Shown: piece by piece, positions 13,103 to 24,829 of the stretch
How the letters are laid out: the number at the start of each line of letters is the position of its first letter
How positions within the stretch are numbered: position 1 is the stretch's first letter
Assembly (NCBI GenBank): GCA_004431415.1
Contig: QPMI01000612.1
Location: 62,001-126,000, forward strand
Source: Cyanophora paradoxa CCMP329
Taxonomy: Eukaryota > Plantae > Glaucophyta
Length of the DNA stretch: 64,000 nucleotides
Direction: 5' to 3'
The notes under the pieces: model-generated
What the model was told of the DNA's origin: nothing
The model's input: only the letters and a program-made list of their open reading frames with translations
The model's database searches: none
Made by a program: the position numbers and the translations under genes

Positions 13103-13229
13103 CCCGCGCCGCGCCGCCCCCTGCCCCCGCACGCAGCACTAGTTAGCCTCTCAGAGTCTCTTCAGTTCAAATACTGCTCTAGTACGCCTCGTCGTTGCCA
13201 CCTCCGGCCCCCGCCGCCTCATTTGCAGT

Positions 13230-14292
13230 CTACATCTCCATCTCCTCTTTCGCGTACTTGATGGTCCACTCGCGGGCCGTGGCGGCGTACGTGGCCGCGT
13301 CCTCCGCCTCGACGTTGGCGGGCGTGTGCGCGAAGACGGGGAAGCGCAGAAGCGAGTAGGCCCCGGCGAGGAGCCTGGCCAGCGAGCTCCGCGCCGACCA
13401 CTCCTGCAGCTCCGCGACGCACTGCGCAGGTTCGATCGCGATCAGAGCCGCTGAGCGCCAGCGCTAGCGCTAGAGAACTACGTGCGCCAGCGCTAGCGCT
13501 ATAGCTGGATATCGATAGCTTAAAGCTTGAACTTCAGCTTAAGCTTATAATTATAACTATAATTAAGCTTTCGAATTCATTTAGCGCGAGAACTGCGGAT
13601 GGGACCGGGGCGCGAATTTTGCGCACGTGGTTGTCCACGACGCCTTCCCGGGTGATATTGGGGTGCCAGATGGGGGTCACGAACTGCAGCGTCGGCGGCG
13701 ACTGCGAAATTAAAGAATCCAAAACTCAGTCATGCAGCCGCTGCAGCTGGCCGCCCGGCCGCGCGCGCGCCTCCGGATAAGTTTCAGGCAGCTTGATGAG
13801 CATTTTGAAAACTCCATCTCCGTATGGCGTGTGCTCCGGTCCGCGGATGGCTTCAAGTACATATATATATGCATACAGTCGATGCAAATTCAGCGATTGC
13901 GATTTTCGCGCGCGCACTGGCGACGAGGTTTCGCTCGTCGGTCTCGCCTTCCTCCGCCGGCTTGAGGAACAACCACCCCTCACGCGAAACCTCCCGCAGC
14001 TCGTTCAGCACCTTCTTGGAGAGCTCGGACTGTGCACGAGGCAGTGCACGAGGTCAGCCGCGCGCGGGGTAAGACGGTGCGCATGCTTCGGTTCGGCGCC
14101 GCGAAAATTAAAAACGCACCGGCACTTCGCCGCTATCGGCGGGCGACGTGCAGTGGATTTCGCGCTCCTTGTCTCCCTGCGCATGCGCAGGGATCGGCTC
14201 AACAAAGAGAAGCTCTAAAAGCAGACTCTGCAGCTGATATGCATTTGCAGCTGACACGAGTGCCGCACTGCGCGTGCTTCAAGGCTTGCCAT
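13230..14292 (-). CDS. E2-fold protein lacking the catalytic Cys (UEV-like), paralog 2, 5 introns
   Basis: Spliced: MASLEGDKEREIHC...IRGPEHTPYGDGVFKMLIKLPETYPESPPTLQFVTPIWHPNITREGVVDNHCVAELQEWS...AREWTIKYAKEEMEM*. Confidence 0.85.
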
Positions 14293-14339
14293 ATTGTGCG
14301 TGTTAACGTTGTTGCCGGCGCCTCGCTCGCCAAGCTCGC

Positions 14340-14920
14340 GATCGAGTACTAGTTGGCCTCGAGCTAGTACTCTAGATCTCTATACAACCGTTGAACATCG
14401 TATATCACAGATCTAGATCTCCTCGCTCTTTCAGATCTCCCGGGAGTCCTCGAGCTCGTATATCACAGAACATCGAGTCGACGTCTCAGACTCTGAGAGT
14501 CTCAGAGTCTAGATCTCCTCGCTCTTTCAATCTCCGAGGCTCTTCGCAAAGAAGTCTTTCTGCCCCTCGGCTATATCTAGCTAACAAAAGAACCGGAGTG
14601 TAGCTATCATCATAGTATATATAGGTCTGACGGTCTAGATAGCGCGGCCGCTGAGCCGCTGAGCTAGCGCTATAGCTATAGGTCCGACGGTCAGGGCCCG
14701 GGGCCTTGCCAAAAAAGTTGGAGCTGCATGAGCCTCCTTACTAAGTTATAATATTTAAAATTAATTAGAGTCGATGATCATGGGCTGCAGCCCTGCGGCG
14801 GCGGCTTCATGACCGTCCTAGTAGCCCCCAGGGGAAGAGTCGATCATGATCACCGAGTGATCATGACTCACTGATCACGAGTCGTCTCTCATTCATGCTG
14901 TACGCTGCAGGTGACAACTA
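14340..14920. repeat. Palindrome-saturated spacer with internal short duplications
   Basis: Dense AGATCT/TCTAGA/GAGCTC/GCTAGC/TGATCA/TCATGA. TCTAGATCTCCTCGCTCTTTCA and CGTATATCACAGA each occur twice. Confidence 0.75.
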
Positions 14921-15252
14921 AACTTGAAAGCCCGCGCGGCCCGGAGCCGCCGGTACTGGGCAGGCCCTCGCGAGTACGATCATGATCAGGTGCTGGGCTT
15001 TATGGGAGGCGTCTACGTTGGCCTGCCGCAGTACTAGTGCCAGCCTTGGCAGACGCCGGAAGAAGACGCCGGAGCACGCGGAGACGGGGCGCTGAAGCGC
15101 GCTGGCCCGAGCGGGGCTTGCATGGGGCGCGGCGAGGGGTGGGGGCCGCTGGTCCGCGGGGCTGCCGCCTGAAGGCGAGCGCGAAAGCCGGCAAGGAAGA
15201 AAGGGAGCCGGCGGGGCCTCTGGGGAACGCGTGGCGAGTCGCCCGTCTAGCG

Positions 15253-16366
15253 TCAGGCCCCCTTGATGCGGGCGCGGGCCCACTCGGAGAGGGGCCCGAT
15301 GCGGAAGGGGCCCTGGTACCAGAGGGCCTCGCCGGCCGGGGAGAGGGCGGCGAGGGCGGGGTGCGGGCGGTCGGCGGCGGCGAGGCGGCCCCAGGCCTCC
15401 GACTGAGGGTCCCGCAGGAGGGCGAAGGCCGCGCCGGCGCGCAGCGCGACGGAGAGCGCCGCGACGAGGGCGTCCGCCTCCGCCGAGCCCGCCGCGTCCG
15501 GAACGTACACGACTGCCGCGCGCGTCACATTGGGGCGGAAGCGGGCCCGACGCCGCGGCGCGAAAGCTCGAGACGAACACGGGGCGCGGGGCGCGGCGCG
15601 CGCGGCGAAGGCAGCGGGGGGCTCCTCGGCGGGAAGGTCGGGGAAGTGCTCCCGGGGTACGTGCGCGAGCGCGAAGTCCCGCAGCGCCTTGACGGAGCGC
15701 GAGCCGCTGAAGTCCGTCCCCGCCTTCAGCGCGTCCACCGCCTTCGCCGAGTCTTCCCCGGCGCCGCCGGCGTGGAAAACCGCCTGCGGCGCCGCGGGAG
15801 GCGTGAGGCGGCTGGCTGGCCATGGCCCGAAGGGTGGGCGCGCCTTCACGGCCGGGTAGCCTGATATCCCCACGCTGTTGCAGAGATCGTACTCCTGAGA
15901 ATGCGCGTGAGTGACGACGGCGGGCGGGGAGTGGGACCCGCGCACGGCTTGGCAGTCGATCGCCGCGAGGTCTGCGATGCCCTGCAGGTCCTCCGCGGCC
16001 CGCTCGTAGGTCGGCGCGAACACCTTGCAGTGGTGGCACCCCGGATGGTAGAACTGCACCACGGCGCCGGCGCTCAGCGAGCCAACACACAGCGCAGCAC
16101 CCATAAACAGAGCGGACCTCAACGAGGCGGAACCCGCCATCCAGTACGACGGCGAGGTTCTTCTTCGTGATGGAGAGGACCGTGCTTTTCCGGCTGTACA
16201 GTCCCGCGCCCTCTCCGTGCTTCTCATCCGCGCTCGCAGGGACCTCGCCGTCGAACGCGGCCTCTTTCTCGCTCTTCTGAGGCGGCGAGCCTCGTCTGAT
16301 GCGCTCTGCGACGTAGACTGCGAGTAGAAACGCCGCCGCGAGCGCCGCACGCTTGCAGAGCGCCAT
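15253..16366 (-). CDS. Thioredoxin/PDI-like protein with N-terminal signal or anchor
   Basis: Hydrophobic N-terminus MALCKRAALAAAFLLAVYV. Thioredoxin motif VQFYHPGCHHCKVFAPTYERAA...AAIDC...GISGYP. Confidence 0.85.
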
Positions 16367-16710
16367 CGTCCCACTGTGTCCTTGGCGCCGCATCGGCGCG
16401 CCGCCTGGCCGCGCGGCTTGGCCGGTCGCTCGAAGACGCTGCCGTTCGCAAAGAGTGGCCGCGATTCGCGCTTATCGCAGATCTAGAGTCGACGCAGAGT
16501 ACGAAGACTCGCTCAGGGGTATGGTAACCTTTTTGAATTGACCGCTACCCGTTCAGCCCGTCTGCGGCCTGCGCCGCACGGTCTGCGGCCTCAGCGCACT
16601 CTTCGAGCGCGCTCAGAAGCGGTTGAGTACGAGCAGCTCGGGCCGCCGACCCCCGCATGTCGTTGCGGGGGAGCGGGCTCCGGCCCTTGCTGCCTGCTCG
16701 CTCGCGGAGC

Positions 16711-19700
16711 ATGGACCTCTTCGGCGAGAGGGCTGAGGCGGAACAGGCTCGGTGCGCGTTTCAGGCCGCCCGCGGCCCGCGCCGCCCTTCCAAATCCGCG
16801 TGCGCAGCGGCGCGTTCGCCGAGCTGGAGCCGCCTCCTCCTCCACCGCCTCGCCGCGTGCAGCCAGACCTCTCAAAGATGGGCACGTTCGTTTATCCGGG
16901 TGCGCCGCCTGCCGGCCGTCCTTCGCTTGACATCCGCCGCTGACTGCCGCCGCGCGGGCCCCTGGCGTGCAGTGGACTTCCCGAAGCGCGAGGTTAGCTT
17001 CACTTCAGCTTCCTGTCCATCGCAGCGCGCCGAACTGCGTTCGCAGTACCAGTTCGAGATGGCGACGGCGGCGATCAAGGCGAACACGCTCGTGGCGCTC
17101 CCGACCGGCCTGGGGAAGACCTTCATCGCCGGAGTGGTCATGGTGCGTTTCGTCCGCTGCGCGCGGGTGCGCCGCCCGCCCACTCGCGCGGCCGCAGTAC
17201 AACTTCTGGCGGTGGTTCCCGGGGGGCAAGGTGCTCTTCGTGGCCCCCACGCGGCCGCTCGTCACGCAGCAGATGCGCGCCTGCCACGAGATCATGGGCA
17301 TCCCCGAGGCGCGCCGCCGCGCACCCTGCGCCCCGCCCTCTCGCTTTTCGCCGCGCCCCCGCCTTGACGCGGCCGGCGCGCAGAGCGACGGGGCGGAGAT
17401 GACGGGGGAGCTGGAGAGCGAGCGGCGGGCCCCTGCCTGGCGCCAGAAGCGCGTCTTCTTCCTCACCCCTCAGACCCTCAAGAACGACGTCGAGAACGGC
17501 GCGCAAGCCCCTCGCCCCTGTACCGCCGGGCCCTAACTCGTGCGGCAGGGGTGTGCCCGGCGGACGAGGTCGTGCTTCTGGTCGTGGACGAGTGCCACCG
17601 CGCCACCGGCGAGAACGCCAACTCAGTCGCCGTCCGCGAGGCGCGCTCCCCGGAGCCCCGCCGCGGCGGCCGCGGGGGCGCGGGGCTGACGTGGGGGCAG
17701 CTGGCGAGGCGGAACGCGTGGATGCGGGTGGTGGGGCTCACGGCGACGCCCGGGTCGGACGCGGCGTCCGTGCAGGCGGTGGTGGACAACCTGCTGGTGG
17801 AGCGCGTGGCGGCGCGCAGCGAGGGGGACCCCGACGTGGCGCCCCACGTGCACGGCAAGGAGCCCGAGGTCAAGCGCGTCGCCCCCTCGAGGGAGGCCCT
17901 CGCCGCCGCCGGCCTCCTCCGCCAGCTCCTCGACACCCCGCTCGCCCTCCTGCACCGCGCCGGCGCCCTCGACCCCTCCAGGAGAGTCGCCCAGGCCGCC
18001 CTCACGGCCGCCGAGGAGCGCTACAGCGCCGGCGCCGCGCAGGCCGCCGCCCCCAGGGACGCCAGCCGCGTCTTCGGTGCCCGCGCCCCCCGCCTTGCAT
18101 CGACTCCTCGCCCTAAGCCGAGCAGGGGCCTTCAGGTGCGCGCTGGAGCTGCTGAGCCTCGTGGAGGAGGTGGAGAAGCGCGGCCTGCGGCCCGCCCTGC
18201 CCCTCATCGAGGCCTTCCAGCGCGAAGCCAGCGCCTCCCAGTGCGCGCCTTCACACGCAATGCCTAGCAGGGCGCCGCGCGGCAGGCCGCCGCCCAGCAA
18301 CAGGCGCCCCGCCGCCCGCGGACGCCCTGCCCCTCACCTTCACCGCACAGGTACCTTCACCGCTGCGACGTCGCAAAGGACGCGCGCTTCGACAAGCTCC
18401 TCCGGTGCGCCCTCTCTCAGCCGAAGCCAACACAGCTGGCCCAGGCTTCGCTTGAAGGCTTCGGTTCTCCGCTTGCGTCTGAGGTCTGGCGTGCGGTGAC
18501 GCGCGGCGGGGCCAGGCTGGTGCGGGGGGCGGTGGCGAGGGGGGTGAGCCACCACAAGGTGGACGCCGTGGCGCGGGAGTTGCAGGGCCACTTCGCCGCG
18601 CCGGGGGCCGGGGCGACCCGCGCGATGGTCTTCGCCTCCCTCCGCACCACCGTCGCGTGCGGCCCCGGGCCCCCCGCTCTTCGCTTGGGCCAGCCGGTTC
18701 GGCGCGAGACGCGGCTGCAGGCTGCTCGAGGAGGCCTTGGAGGGCGTCCCCGGTGTGAGGGCCCTCCCTTTCGTCGGCCAGGGCGGTCCGTCGCCCCGCC
18801 CCCCCGCCCCCGCCGCCCTCCCTGGCCCCCTCGGAGCCGGCCGCGCGCAGCGAGCGCCCAGGCCGGCGCCGCCAAGGGCCTCTCCCAGGCCGAGCAGCAG
18901 GCCACCATCCAGGCGCGCCCGTGTCCACCTCCCCTTCATGCCCCCTCTTCCGAGCCCCGGCCGCAGAGGTTCCGCGGGGGAGAGTGCAACGTGCTCCTCT
19001 GCACCAGCGTGGGCGAAGAGGGCCTCGACATGCGCGTACCCCTCTTCCGCCTCGGCCCCTCGCCTCCCCGGAGCCTGACGGGACCGTGGGTAGAGGCGAG
19101 GTGGACCTCATCGTGTTCTACGATGTGCCGGAGAGCGCGACGCGAACCGTCCAGCGCATGGGCCGCACCGGCCGCAAGCGCGCCGGCCGCGTCGGTGCTG
19201 CCCCGCGGGCACGCGCCTCGCGCCTCCCCGCCCGACGCCGAGCGCGCAGTTGTGCTGGAGGCGGAGGGGGAAGACGGCGGCAGGTTCGAGAGGGCGAGGG
19301 CGGCGGCGGCGGCCACGGCGCGGTTCCTGCGCAGCGGCGCCCCGGGCCTCATCTTCCACAAGAGCACGGCGCCCGTCGTCCGCCCCCGCCCCGCCCCGCG
19401 GCGCCGGCGCGACCTCACGCCCGCACAGATCCCCGAGGGAGTCGAGCCGGCGCCCTTCTTCCGCACCGGAGGGCCGGCGAACGACCCCGCCCCGGACCCC
19501 GAGGCCGCCCCGGCCCCCGCATCGGCTGCCCCGATGGCCTGGCGGCCCATGTCCGCGGGAGCGGGCAAGGAGAACGTTCCCCCTTCCCTCGGGGAGGAGA
19601 AGAGGGGGTTTCGAGCCCCCTGGGCCGGCGGGCCCGCCGCGCCTCCCTTCCGCACCCAATCGGCCCCCTCGCCGGCTGTGCGGGAGGCAGCCGCGGGCGT

Positions 19701-22184
19701 ACCGCAGCAGCAGGCGTCGGGGCCGAGCCCGGCCCCGTGGAAGAAGAAGTCCGGGTTCTTGAGTGGCCCTTCGAGCCGCCCCACCCTCTGCTCCCCTGCC
19801 GCGCCCCTCCCGCACGACCCGCCCTCCCAATCTTTACCCGCCCCGGCCCCCGCCCCAGTTCCCGCATCCAGCGGGCCGGCCCCCGGCCCGTCGGCGCCCC
19901 TGCGCTCCTTCAGCGCCCCGGCCGTCCCGCCGGCGCCGCTCGGCAGCTCCACTTCGTCCGCGTACCCCTCCAAGATCCATCCCTGGCCTCTGCCACGATC
20001 GGCCCCTTCCCAATCAACTTCGCAGTCGCAAGCCTCCCCGAGCTCCGCCCCCCCATCCCCGCCCCGATTCTCCCATTACTTCCCCGCCCCCGCCCCCCGC
20101 ACTGCCGCCGCCGGCCCTCCCCTGCCCCAGTGCTTCTCTGCCCCCACCACCGCCTCCGCCCCCGCCTACGCTGCCCGCCCTGGCTCCGCCGCTGCCTCCC
20201 GCCCATGGGGCGCTGCCGCCGCGCCGAGTGCTTGCAGCGCCGTCTCTGCCTCTTCCTCCGCCCCTCTCCCCTGCCCCGGCAGCTCCCCAGGCGCGTGTAT
20301 TTCCGCCCCCAACCCGTGGCTCTCCGCCGCCGCCCCTGCCGCCGCCCCCCGTCCCGCATCCGCCGCCGCCCCGTGCTTCTGGGGCGCCGCGTCGGCCTCC
20401 GGGAGATGGGGCGGGGGCGTGGCGCCGCGCACGCCGGCGGGGGCCGCCCCTCGGCCGCCTCCGAGCGAGCCCATCGACCTCGTCTCCCCGAGCCCCCGCC
20501 CCGCCCGCCCCCTCGGAGCCCGCCCCGCCGCCCCCGCCCCGCCCCGCCCTCCACTCCCCCTGCCCTTCCCACTCCCTGCCCCGCGACTCGCGCCCCTCCC
20601 TCGAGATCGTGTCCCCCCGCCCCCTCCGCCGCCCGTCGATCTCGTGTCCCCGGAGGGGCCGCGGACCCCTGCCTGCCCCCGGAGTCGCCCAGCACAGGGC
20701 CCCGCCTCTGCAAGCGCCGGCGGCCGCGTCGGGCGGCCGACGGCGGCGCCGCCGGCCCGCCGGGCGCGGACGGGCCCAACGGGGATGCGACGCCAGGGAG
20801 CGGGGTCCGGCCGAGGCGGCGGCTGCGGCGGGGCGGACGGTCGGCCAACGCACCCGACAGCAGCGACGAGGAGGGCGCCGACTCGGAGCGGCCGGCGGCG
20901 GGGGGCGGAGACCGCGGGGGAGCAGGCCCCGGCCGCCCCCGGCTCGCCCCGGGCGCGACGGCGAGCGGCGCTCGCGGCGGCTCCAGAAGGCCGCCGAGCG
21001 GAAGGCCGCGCGGGCCCCTCGCCTCCCGCCCCGCCCCGGCGCCCCCCGGCCGGCGGGGCCGGGCCCGACGGGCGCCTTCTTCGACTGGGAGGCCGAGTGC
21101 GTGGGGGTGCCGGAGCCTCGCCCCCCGGGATGCGCTGAGCGGGGGCGGGGCAGGGTGGAGGAGGGGGAGGAGGGGAGCGGGGACGAGGGCGGCAGCGGGT
21201 CGGAGGAGAGCGGCGGCTCCCTGGGCGGCTTCCTCGTCGACGACGACGTCGTCGAGGCCGAGTGGCCGTGCGCCGCACCGCGCCGCGCCCCAGGCTCGAG
21301 CCGCAGAGCGCTCGCTGACCGGGGCGCTGCCGCAGGGGCGCCGAGGCGGGGGCGGAGGAGGAGGAGGCGCAGGGGAGCCAGGAGGCGGGCGCGGGGGCCC
21401 ACGACGAGGAGGCCATGTACCTGTGCGCGCGTGCCCTCGTTCGCCCCTCGTTCGCCCCCACTGACGGGCGCGCAGGGAGAGCCTGATGAGCCAGCCGGGG
21501 TTCGGGGAGGAGGCGCCCCCCGGGCGCAGCCGGGCGCCGCGCTTCGCGTCGCCGCCGCGGGTGCGGGCGGTGATGGGCCGCCACGCCTTCCACATCCGCG
21601 CGCCCCTGGACGACGACGAGGACGACGTCGTGCGCCCTCCCGAGCCCCTCTGCCCGCTACGCCGCGCTCTCCTCACGACGCACTATTCATCCCCAGGTGC
21701 GGAGCGACGAGGAGACGGACAGCGACGAGGAGGACCCGGGGGCGGGGGCACCGGAGGCCGAGGAGCGCCGCGGCTTCGCGGCGCACTGCTCCGCCGAGTG
21801 GGAGCACGAGGAGCGCGCTGAGGCCCGCCGCTGGCGCCGCCGCACCGCCCGCCGCGCACCCGGCGGCGGCGCCGCCGCCCGCCGCCCCCACCAGCGCCGC
21901 CGGCCCCGGCCCCGGCCCCGGCCGCGGTTGCTCCCCAAGCTGCGTCGTCGTCCAACCCGCCCCCGCTCACCGTTTCGCCTTACTGGGGGGCCCCCGCGCC
22001 GGTCGCCCCGCCGCCCGTGGCGGCCCCCTGGGCGGCCCCCACCTTCCACGGCTCGGCAGCAACCGCAGCATCGGCGGCGGCTGAGCCGTCTGCGGCCGCG
22101 GATGAGGACGAGGAAGCCTTCTGGCTTGAGGTGGCCGCCCGCGCCGACGAGCTGTGCGCCCGCCGGGGCGCCGGCGCAGGGTAG
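16711..22184 (+). CDS. FANCM: FANCM/Mph1-family DEAH helicase (plant-like, no ERCC4 domain seen)
   Basis: NTLVALPTGLGKTFIA, VAPTRPLVTQQ, VVDECHRATG, GLTATPG, TSVGEEGLDIGEVDLIV, QRMGRTGRKRAG, and an acidic C-terminal FFDWEAE...GFLVDD...AMYL motif. The exact 3' exon frame is uncertain. Confidence 0.9.
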
Positions 22185-22348
22185 GCTCCGTTGTGAAGCG
22201 TGGCAGGCCGTTTTTTGGGGGCAGTCACGAATTTGAATGCATTTCGAATTCAAAGAACCAGCTGCTCTGCAGCTGCTCTCGACTGCAAGAGCTCGAGGGC
22301 GTGGCAGGGGCCCGGGCTCCGCGGAGGCCGCCGGCGTGCGAGGGCGGG

Positions 22349-24790
22349 CTAGGCGGCGTCGGGGGCCTCGGGGGCGAGCTCGGGCTCGAGGCCGGTCGCC
22401 TCGAGCGCCTCCTCGTCCGCCTCCAGCGCCGCCTGCAGCTCCTCCTCCTCCTCCCCCTCCTGCGCCCCCCGCCGCCTCAGGGCCGCCGGCGCCGGCGCGA
22501 TCGCGGTCACGCGGAGGGGCGGGGCGCGGGGCGCACGAGGAGGACCTGCTCGGCGGCCTCCAGCCGCTCCTCGGCCGCAGGGGCCTTGAAGCACTCGGAG
22601 CCCTCCTCCACCGCAGCCTGCCGCCGCCCGCGCCGGCGCCGGCGTTCCGTTCAGGCGGCGAATCGATCTTCGAGCGGGGCGCGCACCAGGTCCTTGTTGT
22701 AGACGTGCGTGTAGTGGTTCTTGATCCTGTAGAAGTGGCCGGCGCTGCACCTGTCGCGGCGCGCCGGCATAAGCGTCTCCGCAAGGCAGCGCCTCGGGCC
22801 GCCCCGGGCCAGGCAGCGTCCCAGAGCGGCCCGGGGGCGGGGGCGGGGGGGCGGACTTGGCGGGGCCGTCCTTCTCGAGCATCGCGTAGCGGCAGCCGAC
22901 GTCGGTGCCGAAGTCCCCCGCCGCCGCCGCCTCCGCGTCCAGCGTCGGCGCGTAGCACTGGTACCGCACCACCTTGCCCGACGCGCTGCCGCCCGCCGCC
23001 GGCCGCCACGCGTCAGCTGCAGGCCGAGGCCGGCGGCGGGGGCGCGCGTGCTGGCGATCGCGCGCACCAGGGGATGCATCGCTGCGCGTTTCAAAGGCGC
23101 GGGGTCAGGGGCCGGCTGCCGGCCCAGGTGCGAGCGCCGGTCTGGGGCCGGGGCGCACGGGGATGGCGGCGAGGTCCTGCTGCGGGTCGGCCGCCGCGTT
23201 GGCCGGCTCCAGCGAGATCGAGTGGTACGCGAACTTGCCTGAGAGGCGGGGCCCGTCAGAGTGCCGCGGTATGCCGTCGCTTCGAGGTTCGGCGAGTTTG
23301 TGGAAGTCTAATGCGGATCACTGTGACAACTTGCTTTGAATTTGGTGTGCGCTAGGACGCGCGAGGGTCTAGAGCCATCGAGAGGGCGGACCGCAGAAGG
23401 TGGCGGCGAGGCCGTCGCCCGAGGCGAGCTCGCGCAGCTCGCTGGCGAGGTAGTGCCCGATCAGCACCGACTCTGGCTCCAGGTCCGGCGCCCCCGACGC
23501 CGCCTCGTCTGCCCCGCACGAGACGCTGTTCGAGACGCCCGAGACCTCCACCACCGGCGGGCTGCCCGCCCCGCCCCCCCCCCCCCGCATCTCTCAGCGG
23601 CGGCGGCCGGCGCCGGTCGCTGGGCGGGGCGCGTACGCGCAGCGCTAGCGCACCAGGCGGAGCATACGGTGGAGACGCCGCCCGAGGCGCCGGCGGCCGA
23701 CGCGAAGTGCGTCGCATCGCCGTTCGTGCAGGCCTGCCGGACCGGACCAGCGCCGAACGGCGACGTCAGCGAGCTTCGATGCGGGATCTGAGGCTAAGGA
23801 GGCGGCACCTCCTTGATTTGTGCTGCGGCGAGCGCGGCCGGCTCGCCCTCGTCTGCGGCCGAGGCCGCGAGCACGGCCTGGCCGACCCGGCTCGAAGCGG
23901 CGCAAGTTGCGTCGTCGTGGACGGTCAACGAGGTGACTGGGGGGCACGGTGTGCACTCCGCGACGTCCGCGCCGGCGCTGCGTTCGCGTTGAGCGCTAGC
24001 TCCGAGGCCTAGGCTATGGCTAGCTCGGAAAAAGCGAGCTCAAGCTGCAATGGGGCAGCGCACTTGTCACGAATCGCGTAGTGCGTGGCGCCTGTGTTGG
24101 TACAAGCGGCCAGGACGTCATCCATGAAGGATTCGGCTCGCTCTGGGCCGTGAAGCACGACGGTCTCGAAGTCCTCAAGCGGCGCCTCGCATTTCGCCGA
24201 GCCGTAAACGTCGATTCGCCTCACGGGCGCGCACTGCGTGCAGTCCATCGAACTTCCCGTCTCGCCTGTGTTGCCGCGCCGGCGATCATGATCAGAGCTC
24301 TGACCACCGGTGCGCATGCGGCGCCGGCAGCTGAGCAAGCGCTACCGCAATAGCGCGCGCTTGCCCAGTAGCCAAGCTAGCCTAAAGCTAGTAGCTGAAA
24401 TCAAAGTCGAAACCTGTAATAGTCGCGTTGTAATAGAGAACTCCGGGGCGGGTGCAAATCTCCTGGACATCGTCCGCATCGAGAAAGGCGCGCTCCTCCA
24501 GAGAATCCACCGGCGCGGTCCCGCATTTCTCGTCCGCGAAGCCTGCAAGGCCGGGTACAGGAGCGCCGCGGCGCGGGAGGCTTGGAAATCGATATCGATA
24601 TCGACCGCGCCGGCGCGGCGCCCCCGGGCCCGGCGGTTAAAAATAACGTTAACGCTGTATGCTAGCTACATAGTGCTCTAAATGACAAATAGAAATCGAA
24701 AACGTCGACGTAGGCACTGCGGCACGCACCAGAGAGTTTGGAGCGCACGTCGGGCGTATCGGCGATATCTGAAGAGCTCGATGTCGACAT
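22349..24790 (-). CDS. Hypothetical multi-exon Cys-rich repeat protein
   Basis: In-phase exons give repeated modules (CTQCAPV...C...ACTNTGATHYA; CTPCPPV...C...ACTNGDATHFA; CSACPPV...C) and an acidic C-terminus ending APDAA*. The start and some splice sites are uncertain. Confidence 0.6.
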
Positions 24791-24829
24791 TTAATTTCTG
24801 TGTGCGAGTGACCGTCAGCCTACGTGTAT

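Noticed and set aside
14340-14920. Cloning-vector polylinker contamination
   Set aside because: Palindromes overlap, recur in many spacers and inside spliced introns, differ between paralogous copies, and no vector backbone is present.
18921-22084. Multiple overlapping 500-850 aa Pro/Arg-rich ORFs
   Set aside because: Alternative frames of the low-complexity FANCM C-terminal region.
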